This document shows, one piece after another, positions 13,910-27,182 of a DNA stretch of 64,000 bases (position 1 is the stretch's first letter; every line of letters starts with the position of its first letter). This DNA comes from the human T2T-CHM13v2.0 reference genome, Homo sapiens. The translations under genes were made by a program, and so were the position numbers. The stretch lies in the NCBI RefSeq assembly GCF_009914755.1, contig NC_060933.1; one strand, given 5' to 3'. The notes under the pieces are model-generated. The model ran no database searches. It worked only from the letters and a program-made list of their open reading frames with translations, and was not told the origin of the DNA.

Positions 13910-14130
13910 TTCAATATTCAGCTTAAACTTTACACACCCTGTTTAAACATTTCAGCACCTTCTCATCCATTCTGGGCCTCACCAAAAATAAAAATATTTT
14001 GGTAGTGCAAATAAAAGCAAATATTTGATACCACTTGGCATTTTTCAGTGCATTAATTAGCAATTTGCTGGATAAATATTGCTCTGTAAACCAACAATCA
14101 TTTCCCAATAATTAAAAGCCAAGTCAGATG
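13910..14130. promoter_or_regulatory. Candidate enhancer/conserved non-coding element
   Basis: Repeat-free AT island with FOX palindromes, TAATTA, CCACTTG and AACAAT; conservation not tested. Confidence 0.45.
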
Positions 14131-14404
14131 TTATCGGAAGAGTCCCCAGTGTGTGCACGCACTCTGGGAATGCGATCCTCTCGGTTATGGCCGGAGAGGA
14201 AGGGGCCAGAAGTGGATGTGGGTGGTCCCGGCTGGTCATTCCAGCTTTGACTTTGGAGGGAGGGAGCTGGAAGAGGAAATGGGCTAGAGGGTGATGGACA
14301 CCCATCCATTCTATGGGGGCCTGGGTCTCTCAATGACCCACAGATCACTGTGGCAAATATGACACTATTGGCCAAAGTTTTGTAATTGGAACGGGAGTCA
14401 GTCT

Positions 14405-14620
14405 ACAGCAGTGGTTATGTGCATAAACTCGGGAATCCAACAGATGCAGGGGAGAGAGTCCCAGACAAGCCACTCACTGTCTGTGTGATCTTGGATAAGT
14501 CAGGTCCTTCATCTGTGAAATGGGTACAATAAAATCTCCTACTTCACAGGACTGTTCTAAAGATGAAAGGGTGGATTGCATGCGCTTAGCGCATGGTGCA
14601 CGCCCAGCAAATACTGGTTG
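14405..14620 (+). mobile_element. MIR
   Basis: ctgtgtgatcttggataagtc...atctgtgaaatgggtacaataaaa. Confidence 0.75.
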
Positions 14621-15269
14621 TTTGTTGTTGCTGCTGCTGTTTTCCTTCTCTGTGATGTGCCCTGGGTCTCATCTTTCCCTAACTTTAAGCTCTTACCCAT
14701 TACTGCTACCAAGGGAAGGGGTGGATTAAATCTTTGCCAATCATCTCTTTGCTTAGCCTCTCTCCAAAATATCTTCCTGGTCTGTGAAGCAAAATCCTCT
14801 TGAGTGAGTGTGTACTCTCCAGCTGATGCCAGCTTGGCTCAGCGGGGAAGGAGGGCCGGGGCGGGGGAACCCAGCAGATGGGGTTCTGTAGGGCCAGGGG
14901 CTGCAAGACGGAGGCTCTCTCTCCCCTAAGCTGAGTGGTCTCAAACCTGGGGAGACCATGGTGTCTGGGGAAGATGGGAAGCCAAGCCTGTGGCTCAGGA
15001 AGCTTGACGGCCTGAGGGAGCTGAAAGAGGCATGGACGGGCCAGGCTATGGAAAACAATGGTGAATTGAGCGTTTTTGTTTAAGTGCTTCCTCCCTCCTC
15101 CTGTTAAAGTAGAGGAGGAGCGAGGACCCTTGCCACTGGGAACACAGGTGAGGATGATACTGATGCATTAGAAGCTGGAGGAAGCTGCCTGGGGGAAGGC
15201 TGGGCCTTGGTGGGACACATTGTGTGAGAGGGAGGGGCCATCAGTGGGGAGTAATTAGAGCTTCCACTG

Positions 15270-15495
15270 ATTTCACAGCTACCACGTGCCAGGTCCCATG
15301 CTGAGAAGGTGGCACGCATCGTCTCAGAGTGAACCCTCCTCTCAGCACTGTGACCAGGTGCTGTCACTGACCAGGTTTTGCGCAAGAGGAAGCTGAGGCC
15401 CAGGAGGCCATCCCTGAGTAACTACGCACAGTTACTCAGCTGATAAGTGGCAGAGATGGGACTTGAAGCCACGGCCGTTTAACTCCTGGACCATG
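15270..15495 (-). mobile_element. MIR
   Basis: gaggaagctgaggcccagg...cagctgataagtggcagagatgggacttgaagcc. Confidence 0.7.
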
Positions 15496-16049
15496 TTAAT
15501 TGCCAGGCTAGGTGGCTTCCCTAGGCATGAGGGATCCCCTCAGAACTGCATAACCTGCCGCAGCACAGGGAGGCAGATGAGGTGGGCTGCAGGGCAGGAA
15601 GTGGGAGCCATTTCTGGAAGCACCTCATACAGTGAGACAAGGTGCCAGCCTGCGGCTTGCATTGGAGCTGGCTCAGTAGAGGGAGGTGCAACCTCAGCAG
15701 GGTCCTGGCATGGCCATGCCTGAGACAGAGGCAGGGCCACACTCCAGACACTTGACATTGCCCCAGCTTCAGAAGCCAGGTTCACTCGTGAAGCGCTGAT
15801 GTTCCCATGGCATGGGCGCCTTAGCATCTCACCTTCTTACTTCCCTTAGACATTGAAACTCACAAAGAGCAAGAACTCCAATGTTTTCCTCCTCTCCTAC
15901 TCCCATCATCTGGGCCTGGAAGATTGGAACAGGGCTCCCATCTCAACCCTCAGGGATGGACAAATATAGAATAAGAGAAGGGAGGAAAGCCATGGGCCCT
16001 GTGAAAAGACTCAGCAGTTCTCATAAAGGAATCAACACAAATGTTTCCC

Positions 16050-16510
16050 TTGAGACAAACTTCCTACCAGAATCAACAGAAATCTTTAGAAAAATCTCCA
16101 ATTTGTGTGCCCATTAAGATTCGAGGGGGTATTTATTGTATACCTGAAAAAGGCATCCTCTGAGATTGAAAAAGATGATTTTCAGCTGAAAAGTGCAACT
16201 GTTACATTTCAGAAGGCAATGGAAGCAGGAAATAACAGATTGAAGACGCAGAAAAATGGAGTGGAGTCCTTTAAAAGATGGGTACCAAGAAACCCCCCAT
16301 AATTCATAAGAAAAGAATAAAAGATGAATGTGCTTAGTGAAAAGATAACCTCGAGGAAAGATCCAAGAAATAAAATAGCCAAAGGAATCATTAAATCAAA
16401 TTGCTCTTTGAACATTAGCTGAAGTTAATGAAGAGACCTATGGCCAGGTGAAACTGAATTTCAAGGATTAAGGGAGAAAATCCTGTAAGTATTCAGACAG
16501 GAAAAAAAAA
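16050..16510 (+). mobile_element. Degenerate ancient L1 5'/ORF1-like fragment
   Basis: A-rich; gtgaaactgaatttcaaggattaagggagaaaatcctgtaagtattcagacaggaaaaa resembles L1 ORF1. Confidence 0.45.
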
Positions 16511-16524
16511 CTGTTGGCAATGGT

Positions 16525-16990
16525 ATTCATTATAGAATAATTTGGCTATGTGTGCAGAGGGCCAAAATAACAATGGCTAAAACAATAGAAAAATATTTCT
16601 GTGTCATGTAATAGTCAAAAGCATGTGATTCAAAGTTTGCTCTGCTCCATGAAGTTTCCCAGGGCTCTGGGAAAATACTGAGAGCATAGACTCCTTCTAG
16701 CTTGTTGCTATGCCAGTCTTAGATGTTAGATTTGTTTGCAAAGATATTTGTTATAAGCAGCAAAATGGAGTAATAATAAAAGAAGAGCACATCCCTTTCC
16801 CCTTTCAAATCCCCACCCAGAGTTGCCACATATCACCATCCACATCCCATTGGTCAGAACTTAGTCACATGACCACCCCTAGCTGCAAGGGAGGCTGGGA
16901 AACATTTTTATTCTGAGAAGCTATGTGCCAAGCTCAAAATTAAGGTTCTGTTATTTTAGAGAGAAGAAGAGAATGCTTACTGGAAAACTC
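16525..16990 (-). mobile_element. MLT1 (J/K-like) MaLR LTR
   Basis: cacatcccattggtcagaacttagtcacatgaccacccctagctgcaagggaggctggga. Confidence 0.8.
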
Positions 16991-17049
16991 TTACCCAATG
17001 CACTAAAACTTGAAATGAAAGATGAAATGAGAAAAAAGCAAAAACAAAA

Positions 17050-18965
17050 AAAGTCAACAATTCTCTACCACTAGAAATTTCTTAAATTATCTATAAACTT
17101 GTACTTGGGTCAAAGAGGAAATATAAATAGAAACTGCAGGAAATCTAGAAGATAAAGATAGAAAACTACATATCAGAACCTATGAGAAATAAAGTAATGC
17201 TCAGAGGAAAAGCCTTAAATGTTATCAATAAACAACAAAGATGAAAACAAGAAAATTAAACATCTGATCTGAGAAGTTAGACAAAGAACAACAAAACAGG
17301 ACAGAAGCAAGAAATTGATAAAGATAATAGAAGAAATTATGAGTTAATAAGCAGAAAAATAGAACTAATGACATGAGGAAAACAATAAAATAGATAAACT
17401 GCAAGATAACCTAATAAAGAAAATGGACAAGGAAGCCCAAATACACAAAATAGGAAATTATAAAAGAAAAATAACCACAGAAAGAGAAGAAAGTGAAGAA
17501 TCATGAAACTGCTTTGCTTGACTTTATGCAAATACATTAAAAAAACATAAAATAATTTGACATTTTTTTTTCAAAGTGTGAATGACCAAACCTGATTTCA
17601 AAAGGAGGAAAAATCTACTCATTTCCATATGGAAATTGTTCAAGTAGCTGAAGAGCTCTCTCCCCAAAAATACCAGGCCCAGATTATCTCACAGGGAAAT
17701 TCTACCAAGCCTCTAATAAGCAGATAATTACAATATTATTTAAACTATCAGAGCTTTAAAAAGGGGGGAAATATTTTTACTTATTTCAATAAAGCAAATG
17801 GAACATTGACACCCAAATGCAAGAAAGATTGCACAAAAAAGAGAAACCACAGTCACTTATGAAAAACAATGCAAATAATCCTAAATAAAGCTGAGGTAAA
17901 CTAGATCTACAGCACATTAAAAGAAAAATACATTATGACCAAATGATGTTTATTTCGTGAATGTACAAATTATGTAATATTAGGGAACATATAATACAAT
18001 TTATTATAGTAATAGATGTAGGGAGAAAACTTACATTAACATCTTCATAGACACCAAAAAGCCATTGACAAAATTCTGACGTTCATTTTTGATATAAACA
18101 TTTAATAAAATAGGGATGGGTGGATTTTTCCCTAATAAGATGGAGCACATCTGTCTCTGGACAAAAGTCAGTATCATGTTTAATGAGAAGGCACCAGAAG
18201 TATCCCTGCTAAAGTTTCCTCACTGAAATCAGGAGCAAGACAAGAATATCTGCTATGACACTGTTGTTAAACATTGAGCTGAAGGTACTTGCCAAAAGAA
18301 AGAAATTAAAGTGATAAAAAATTAGAAATGGAACTCAAACAACATTATTTGCAGGCAATATGGTCATATATACAGAAAACACAAGAGAATCACATTTAAA
18401 ACTACTATAAACAGCAGGAGAATTCAACAAGATAGTAGTGGGCAAATTGATATGTGAATGCGAACAGTTCTTGTGTACAAAAGCAAGCAGTTAGAAGGTA
18501 GAGCGGAATAAAATACCTCATTTATCATAGCAGAAAAAATTCAGAAATAAATTTATCAGAAAATTTGCATAACTTGTAAGAAAAAATTTAGAACACTTCT
18601 GAAACTTCTAAAGAAGGTTTGAACAAATGGGAATACATTCAGTGTTCTGGGGTAGGAAGACGTGCTGTCATGAAGGGTAATTTCTCCCCAAGTTAATTGA
18701 TAAATTTAATGTAATTCCAATGAAAGTGTCTATATGCTTTTTTTTAAAGAAAAACTAGACAAATTGATTCTAAAATCTACATGAAATACATAAAAATAAG
18801 AGTAACCAGAAATTACCAAAAAAAATTGCCATGAGAGATACTAACCCTATAGTCATTCAAGTCTAATAGGTACCAGATAAGAGACAGGCCAGTAGATGAG
18901 AAAACAAAGCCAAGATTTAGAGCCATATATGTGCAGAACTTTAGTATAAGTTAAAAGTGCCACCT
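17050..18965 (+). mobile_element. Ancient L1 (L1ME-like) ORF2 relic
   Basis: ccaggcccagatt...gaaatcaggagcaagacaagaat...ttatttgcaggcaatatg; many stops. Confidence 0.85.
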
Positions 18966-19653
18966 TAAGTAGAAATGTGTGGCAGAGAAATGTTCGATAT
19001 TATAATGATTAAACCAGTATAACTATTTAATTTGTACCAGAGTATAAACCAGAGCAATAGTGGGGGGCATCATCAAACTTCTCACAGTATTTCACTTCTG
19101 CAATAGATAGCCAATATATAAAAACATGAGTGATCCAATTAATATTATCTATAAGCTTATTTTTGGTAACTATATATTTGAGGTTTTTGCCTCAACAAGA
19201 AATGTACATTGCTTTCAGATGTCCATGAAATATTTTTAAAATTGATTGTTAACTAAGCCAGAAAGAAGACACACAATACTTCCACCAAATGAAGAAATTA
19301 TACAGGCCACATTTTCCTGACCTCAGTGCAATGAAACTAGAAATTAATTACAAAGAGCGTAAGACAAACATCTTTGTGAAAATGAAAAATCACTCTGCTA
19401 AACAATTATTTTGTGAGACAGGAAACCACACGGCAGTTGCAGAATATTTAGAAAAAAGACAATGACAAAATGACACATTAACACGCAGGGGATGCAGCTA
19501 TTCCTGTACTCATAGGATAATTCACAGCTTTAATTGCTTTTATTATTAAGTGAGCAAGAATGAAAATAAATGAGCTAAGTATCTAATGCAAGAAATTAAA
19601 AAAAAAAAGAGCAAAATCGAAAACAGAAGAAAGAAATTAATGAAGATAATAGC

Positions 19654-20456
19654 TACTTTAGTCCATGTGTATGGGTTCAAGTTGACAAGGGGTGGACTTG
19701 TGATGGTTAATACAGAATGTCAACTTGATTGGATTGAAGGATACAAACCATTGATCCTGGGTGTGTCTGTGAGGGTGTTGTCAAAGGAGATTAACATTTG
19801 AGTCAGGGGGCTGGGAAAGGCAGACCCACCCTTAATCTGGGTGGGTCTAATCAGCTGCCAGAGTGGCTAGAATCTAAGCAGGCAGAAAAATGTGAAAAGA
19901 GAGACTGGCCTAGCCTCCCAAACTACGTCTTTCTCCCGTGCTGGATGCTTCCTGCCCTCAAACATAGGACTCCAAGTTTTTCAGTTTTGGAACTCCGACT
20001 GGCTCCCCTTGCTCCTCAGCCTGCAGACAGCCTATTGTGGGACCTTGTGATAGTGTAAGTTAATACTTAATAAACTCATATATATATATATATTCCATTA
20101 GTTCTATCCCTCTAGAGAATCTTGACTAATACAGTCCATCTTGTGCTGCTGTAACAGAATACCTGAGACCTGGGTAATTTATAAAGGACAGAGATTTATT
20201 TCTTACAGTTCTAGAGGCTGGCAAGTCTAAGGCTGGTGAGGGCATTCTTGCTGGTCATCCCATGGCAGAAGGTGGAAGGGCAAGAAAGCACATGAGAGAA
20301 AGAGAAGGGAAGGAAACCAAACTCATCCTTTTATCAGGAACCCTCTCCGGTGATAACTAAACTGCTGTCATGACAATGGCATTAGCTAATCACCTCTCAA
20401 AGGTCCCACCTTCTCCTCACTGGGGATTAAGTGGGGGTCACATTCAAACCATTGCA
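19654..20456 (-). mobile_element. MST (MSTC/D-like) MaLR LTR interrupted near one end by MLT2A1
   Basis: tactttagtcca|tcttgtgctgctgtaacagaatacctgagacctgggtaatttataaag...cattcaaaccattgca; TSD atagc/atatc. Confidence 0.85.
19666..20133 (+). mobile_element. MLT2A1-like (HERV-L) LTR (19699-20133) with 33 bp of internal/PPT sequence
   Basis: TGTGATGGTTAATAC...GACTAATACA; upstream caagttgacaaggggtggact; TSD GTCCA on both sides. Confidence 0.9.
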
Positions 20457-21104
20457 ATATCTGAAATTAATGATACGGAAAATTTTAAAAGCAGATGTGA
20501 TTTAAAACCCAAATGCTACTTCTGTAGAATCATCTATAAAAGAAAACAGTTTTCTGGTAAGATGAATCAAGAAGAATATAAAAAAGAAGGTAGTATCATA
20601 AATGAGAAAGCAGTTGAGACCATAGATGAAGAGGTTATTTTCAAATTATTAAAGAATATTACATGAATAAATTTGAAAATCTCAAAATGAAGAATTTCCT
20701 AGGAAAATATAAAGTTATAAAACAGAAAATGTAAATATACAAATAATAACTAAGATAGAAGTTTAGAATATGGATAAAAAATCACTTGGCCCAATGCATC
20801 TTTCAGAGCCAAGCAAAAAGATATTTTCTGAACCATTTAATTTGTACCAGAGTATAAAAGAGACAGAAAGCCTCCCTATTTTTTTATGGGTGTGTATGAG
20901 TTCCTTAGATATTCTGGATAGTAATCAGTGTATGAATTCCATGAAAATCTCTGTTGGGGTTTTGAGGGGAATTATATTGAACTTATTTAGGGAGAATTGT
21001 ATGATGTTGAGCTTCTCCAGTTATGAAATGATACATCTTTTTATTTATGTAGGGTGTTTTGAGTCTTTCAACAATCTTTGTAACTTTCCCTATAATTTTT
21101 AAAA

Positions 21105-21257
21105 ATGTATTTTAGAGATAGGGTCTTGCTCTGTCATCCAGGCTGGAGTGCAGTGGTGTGATTACAGCTCATCACAGCCTTGAACTTCTGGACTCAAGGG
21201 ATTCTCCCACCTCAGCCTCCTATAACTGGGACTAGGGACATGTGCCACCATGCCTGG
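21105..21257 (-). mobile_element. FRAM/AluJ right monomer
   Basis: gagatagggtcttgctctgtcatccaggctggagtgcagtgg...tgccaccatgcctgg. Confidence 0.88.
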
Positions 21258-21349
21258 TTCCTATATAATTCAAACACAGCTCTTGTTAGATTTATTCTTA
21301 GGTACCTTATAGGTTTTGTTTCAATAATGTTTTTTAAATTAAAAATTTG

Positions 21350-22130
21350 GTGGCCAGTAGATACATGAAAAGATGTTCAATATCGCTAATCATTAGAGAA
21401 ATTGAAACCACAATGAGACAACACTTCACACCCATTAGGATAGCTACTATCAAAAGGACAGAAAGTAGCAAGCACTGACAAGGATGTGGGGAACATTGAA
21501 CCCTTGTGCCCCGTTGGTGGGAATGTAAAATGGTGTAGCCACTATGGAAAACAGTATGGTGGATACTCAAAAAAGTAACAGAATTATCATATAATCCAGC
21601 AAACCCACTTCTGAGTTCATATGCAAAAGAACTGAAAACAGGATCTTGAAGAGTTATTTGCCTACCTATGTTCATAGTAGCACTACATGAAATTGCCAAG
21701 AGGGGTAAGCCACTTAAATGTTTGACAGATGAATGAATAAACAGAATGTGGCGTGTACATACAGTGGAATATCAGTCAGTCTTAAAAAGGAAGAAAATTC
21801 GGACAAACGCCACAACATAAATGAACCTTGAGGACATTACGCTAAGTAAAACAAGTCATTCACGCAAAGACAAATACTGTATGATTCTACTTAAATGAAG
21901 TATCAAAAGTCAAATTTGCAAAGACAGAAAGTAGAATGGTGGTTCCCAGAGGTTGGGAGAAGGGGGAAATGGGGAACATGTTTAATGAGTATAGAGTTTC
22001 AGTTTTGCAAGATGAAAAAGTTCTGGCGATCTATTGCACAGTAATGTGAATGTACTTAAGATAGTGAACTGTACATTTAAAAAGGGCTCAGGTGGTTCAT
22101 TTTATATGTTTTTGCCACAATTAAAAAATT
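21350..22130 (+). mobile_element. L1MB 3' end
   Basis: catgaaaagatgttcaatatcgctaatcattagagaa...gtatagagtttcagttttgcaagatgaaaaagttctgg. Confidence 0.9.
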
Positions 22131-22911
22131 AATGATAGAAAAAATGTGAACTGTTTTTACTGGAGCATAAAATTAAATATAGTTAAGTTCACTTTAGTAT
22201 ATTGGTCTTATATCAAGCAAACTTGCTCAAGCTCTTCTGTATAGTCTAATGGTTTGTGTGATGATTTTGTTGGATTTTTTATGTAGACAAGCATACCATC
22301 TGCACATAATAAAATTTGTGTTTTTTTCAATTTTTATATTTTTATATTTCAATTTTTATATTTTATATTTCTTTTTCTTGTCTTATCGTGTGGTCCACAA
22401 CTTCTACTACACTGTTAAATAAAGTAGTTATAAAGGATATCTTTGTCTTACTTCTGATTTTAAAGAGAATGCTTCTAACAATTTTGCCATCAAATAGAAT
22501 GCTTGCTATAAGTTTTTCATAGATTCTCTATATCTTCTCTATTCCTTTTTTGTTAAGAGTATTCCCTGCCATGGATGAATGTTGAACTTTATCACATGCT
22601 TTTCTAGATATATTGAAATAGCTTTATGTTTTTTCTTTGCTAATTTGTTAATGAAGTGAATTCCATAATTTCTTTACATTCAGTTATCTTTGTATTCCTT
22701 GCATAAATCCAACTTCACATTTTTTAATAATACTGGAGTTTGTTTATTAATATTTCATCCATGATTTTTGCTTTTATGTTTATGAGATAAGTTCTATTTT
22801 CCTTTATCTTACTGTCTTTGTCTGATTTTTGAATGAAGGTATTACCAGACTCCTAGAAAAAGTTGGGAAACACGACCTCTTCTTCTATTCTTTGAGATAA
22901 TTTAAGACTTA

Positions 22912-23517
22912 TATAATGATTAGTTTTATGTGTTAACTTGACTGGGCCATGGGTGCCAAGATATTTGGTCAAACATTATTCTGGGTGGGTTTGTGGGAGT
23001 GTTTTGGATGAGATTAACATTTGAATTACTAGACTGAGTGAAGCAGATTGCCCTCCCTAATGTGGGTGGCCCTCATCCAACCAGCTGAATGGCCAAATAG
23101 AACAAAAAGGCTGACTCTCCCACAAATAAGAGGGCACACTCCCTGCCCGAACTGCCTGGAGATGGGACATCAATTTTTTCCTGCCTTTGGTCTCTGATGG
23201 AAACATTGATTCTTCCTGGGTCTTAAGTTGCTGGCATTCAGACTGAAACTACACTAGCAGTTCTCCTGTGTCTCCTCCAGCTTGGTGACTTCAGATCTTG
23301 GGACTTGTCAGCCTCCATAATTTCATGAGCCAATTATTTATAACAAATCTCTCAATCTGTGTCTCCATCTCTGGCATGCTCTCTCTCCCTCTCTCTCTTT
23401 CTCTCTCTCTCTCCCTTCCCCCTCTCTCTGTGTGTGTATGAGACAGAGAGAGAGAGAGAGAATATATACACACACATTCTATTGGTTCAGTTTATCTGGA
23501 GAACCCTGAGTGGTGCA
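22912..23517 (+). mobile_element. MLT2C/D-like ERVL LTR containing (CT)/(GA) microsatellite
   Basis: tagttttatgtgttaacttgactgggcca...ttctattggttcagtttatctggagaaccctga. Confidence 0.88.
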
Positions 23518-24934
23518 ACTGGGATTATCTGTTAATTAAATATTTGGTCAAAGTTGACTCCGGGCCTGGTGGGGTTTCTTTTGCATGGTAGATAGGTTAG
23601 ATTTTACATTAATGATTCAATTTTTTGGTGATTACAGGTTTTTTCTGAGTTTTTAGTTCTTCCTGAGACAGTTTTGATACATCACATTTTCCAAGCAAAC
23701 TGGCCATTTTCAATTTTATTGGCATAAAGTTGTTCAAAATGTTCTTTTGTGATTTTAAAAATTACTTTTTGCTGTATTTCTTTCATTTGTCAGTTCCTAA
23801 TATCATTCATTTGTGCTTTCTCTTTTTCTTAACTAACCTTTGGTTTTGCTGATTTTATTATTGTTTGGTTTTAAGTTTAATTATTTTCTGCTCTTATATT
23901 TATCGTTTTCTTCATTTTTCTTTCGTTGGGTTACTCTGTTGTTCTTTTTCTAATTTCTTGAGTTGGGTGCATAGCTTATTATTTTTTAATCTCTTTTCTT
24001 GTCGAATGTAAATGCCCTCCGAGTACTACTTTAGCTGCATCCCATACATTTTGATATGTACTATTTGTATTATCCATAATTATTCTTTCTTTGACCCATA
24101 AATTATTTACAACTATGCTGTAACATAGGGTTTAACAGCTTATCTTTTATTAATTCTAATTTTATTGTATTATGGTCAGAAGAAATGATCTGTGTGCTAA
24201 CAGTTCTTGGAAATTTGTTGAGATTTGCTTTCTGACCTTGTATCCATCAGTTTTTGCAAACATTTCGTATGTACTCGAAATATAGAATGGGTTTTCTATA
24301 ATTGTTGCAGGATTCTATGTTTGTTCATTATATCAAGTGTATTGTCTTATTTAAATCTTCTATACTCTTGCCAAATTTTTGTTTCCTTGATCTATAAATT
24401 ATTGATTAATTTTATTTAAAATTTTCCACTATGGTAATGGATTTGTCAATTTTAAAAATAATCTAGTACATTTTTGTTTCATATATTTTGTGAGACTGGC
24501 GTTAGGTGCGTACATAGTAATATAACACAACTGCTATATATTATAAGTGAGATGTTCCTTTTATCATTGTCATTTATGATGTGTCTCTAATGATAATTTT
24601 GCCTTAGAGTCTGTTTTTTCCCTCAACTTTTATTTGGCTAGTATTTTCTTTGTATAACTTTTCTTTTTTACTTTCTATATTTTTGTCCTCAAATAACTGG
24701 ATTTTTATTTTTAAAATTCAGTCTGAACATCTGATTTTAAATGCATAAAGTTTAGTCCATTTATATTTATTGTAAGCTGATATGCCTATATTTAGTCTAT
24801 TACACTACTTTGCACTTTCTTGTTTACCATAGTTTTCATGTGCTTCATTTCTTTTCTTCTTTTGAAGTAGTTGAATTTATACTCCCTTTCATTCCTCTGC
24901 GTTTCATTTCTAGTCTTATAGTGCTTACCTTTAA

Positions 24935-25990
24935 GATTTTTTTGAATAAACCTTTAATTTTAGAATAATTTCAGATTTACAGAAAAATTATGACAGAATA
25001 GAGGTTCTCAGAAACCCCACACTGTTTTCTCTATTTTTCTCATCTTAGGTTAGTATAATTTACTTGTCACAATTAATGAGCCAATATTGATCCATTGTTA
25101 TTTTTACCTAAAATACATTTTTATTCATATGTCCTTAAAATTTATGTAATTTTTTTCTGTTCCAGGATCCCACTCAGGATACCATTTATGTTTCCTTAGG
25201 CGCCTCTTTACTGTGATAGTTTCTCATTTTTTTTTTCATTTTTGATGGCAGTTTTGAGGGGTAAAGGTCAATTGTTTTGTAGAATATCCCTCAGTTGGGT
25301 TTTTTCATGATTAAACTGAAGTTATGGATTTTGAAGGGGAAACCACAGAGGTAATATGTCATTTTTGCATCACGTCATATCCAGGGTAAATACTATCAAC
25401 ATGACAACTCTGTTGATGTTGATCATCTGTATGAAGGAATTTTGTCATCTTGCTCCCTGTGAAGTTACTCCTTTCCCCCCTTTTTCATACTCTGCTTTTT
25501 GGAAGGAAGTTTCTACATGCACGCCACATTTAAGGCATGGGGAGTCACACTTCACCTCCTTGAGGGCAGATTATTTACACAAATTATTTGGAATTCTTCT
25601 GCATGGGAGATTTATCTCTTTTCTCTCATTTGTTTATTTAATTTAATTTAATTTTTAATTTTTGTGGGTACATAGTAGGTCTATATAGTTATGGGTTATA
25701 GCAGACATTTTAATACAGGCATGCAATGCGAAATAGTCACACCAGGGTAGATAAAGTATCTATCACCCCAAGCATCCCAATTTGTTTATTAATTCAATTA
25801 TTTATTCGTATCAGAATGGGCTTATGAATATCTTAAACTTTGGGTTATAATCCACTACTCCTTTATTTATTTTGTTGCTTAAATTGTTTCAACTTTCTGG
25901 CACTACAAGATGCTCAGATTCATTTTATATATTTCTACCCCTACTACTAGAATCCGTCATTTCTCTGAGAAGCCTCTTTTATTGGAGAAC
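24935..25990 (-). mobile_element. L1MD/MC-like 3' end with short L1MA fragment (~25640-25775)
   Basis: tttagaataatttcagatttacagaaaaatt...aattatttggaattcttctgcatgggagattt. Confidence 0.8.
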
Positions 25991-27182
25991 TGCATGTATT
26001 AAAAACTTACATTAAAAATTGTAACATTAATACTTGACTTAACAAATATTAATGTTAACCAATAATAACGACCCTCCTCCTTTAAAACTATAAACATGTA
26101 CAATTCAGAATACCCTTTTTTGGCTTACATGGTATTCTTACATGGTGTTTTAGTCCTATCTTATTTTTATACCTCCAAAATCCATCATTATTATTGACCT
26201 ATACAGCCCAAATCTTATTTTAACATTTCTTTCTTCTCCATCGCTCTTGTATCTCCCTCTTTCCTTCTGTGTTCAATTTCATTCTACTTGAAATAAACCC
26301 TGTAGTAGTTCTTTCAGGAGCAGTCTGAGAATTACATTTGTTTCTCCTTTATCATTGAGCGATAGTTTAGCTAGATGAGATTCTAAGTTGACAGTCATTC
26401 TTCTCTTATCACTTTGAAAATATCATTCCATTGTCTTCTGGCTTTTCTTGTTGCCAGAAGTCTGCTGTCAGTCCAATTTCCATTCTCTATTGATCTTTCT
26501 TTTCTCGCTTATTATTTTTAAAGTTCTTTGCTTTGTTTGGTTGTCCTACAATTTCATTATGGAGCATCAAGATATGAATTTATTTTTAGTTATTCTTTTC
26601 AGGATGCACTGGGCTTCTTAAGTTGTGAATATTTTTAAAACGTATTATTATTTTAAATTGTGATAAAAATACACATAATGTAAAATTCACCCTCTTAACC
26701 ATTTCTAAGTGTACAGCTCAGGGGCATTAAGTACATTCACACTGTTGTATAATCATCCCTACCACTGAAGAACTCTTTTCCAGAACTCTTTTCATCTTAC
26801 AAAACTGAAACTCTGTACCTATTAAACAAAAACTCCCGATTCCCTTTCCCGACACCCCTGAAAATCACTATTTATTTTCTGTCTTTATGAATTGAACTAC
26901 TTTTGATGCCTCATATAAGTGGAATCATACAGTAATTATCTTTTTTTTGTGTGACTGGCTTATTTTACTTACTGTAATGTCCCAAGATTCACCCATGTTG
27001 TTCCATGTGTCATCATTTCCTTCCTATTTAAGGCTTTGAAAAGCTTTTCTTTTTAAAGCTGAACAATATTCCATTCTATATAAATGCCGCATTTTGTTTA
27101 TTCATTCATTCGGTGATGCACATTTGGTTTGCTTCCACCTCTTGACCGTTGTGAATAATGCTGCTATGAAGATGGGTGTGCA

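Larger units (their letters stand above)
19060..20880 (+). mobile_element. Second ancient L1 ORF2 relic interrupted by MST and MLT2A1
   Basis: tacaggccacattttcctgacctcagtgcaatgaaactagaaattaat, resumes at 20457. Confidence 0.75.
20885..24930 (-). mobile_element. Ancient L1 (minus) interrupted by FRAM, L1MB and MLT2
   Basis: T-rich reverse L1 ORF2, e.g. tactactttagctgcatcccatacattttgatatg. Confidence 0.75.
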
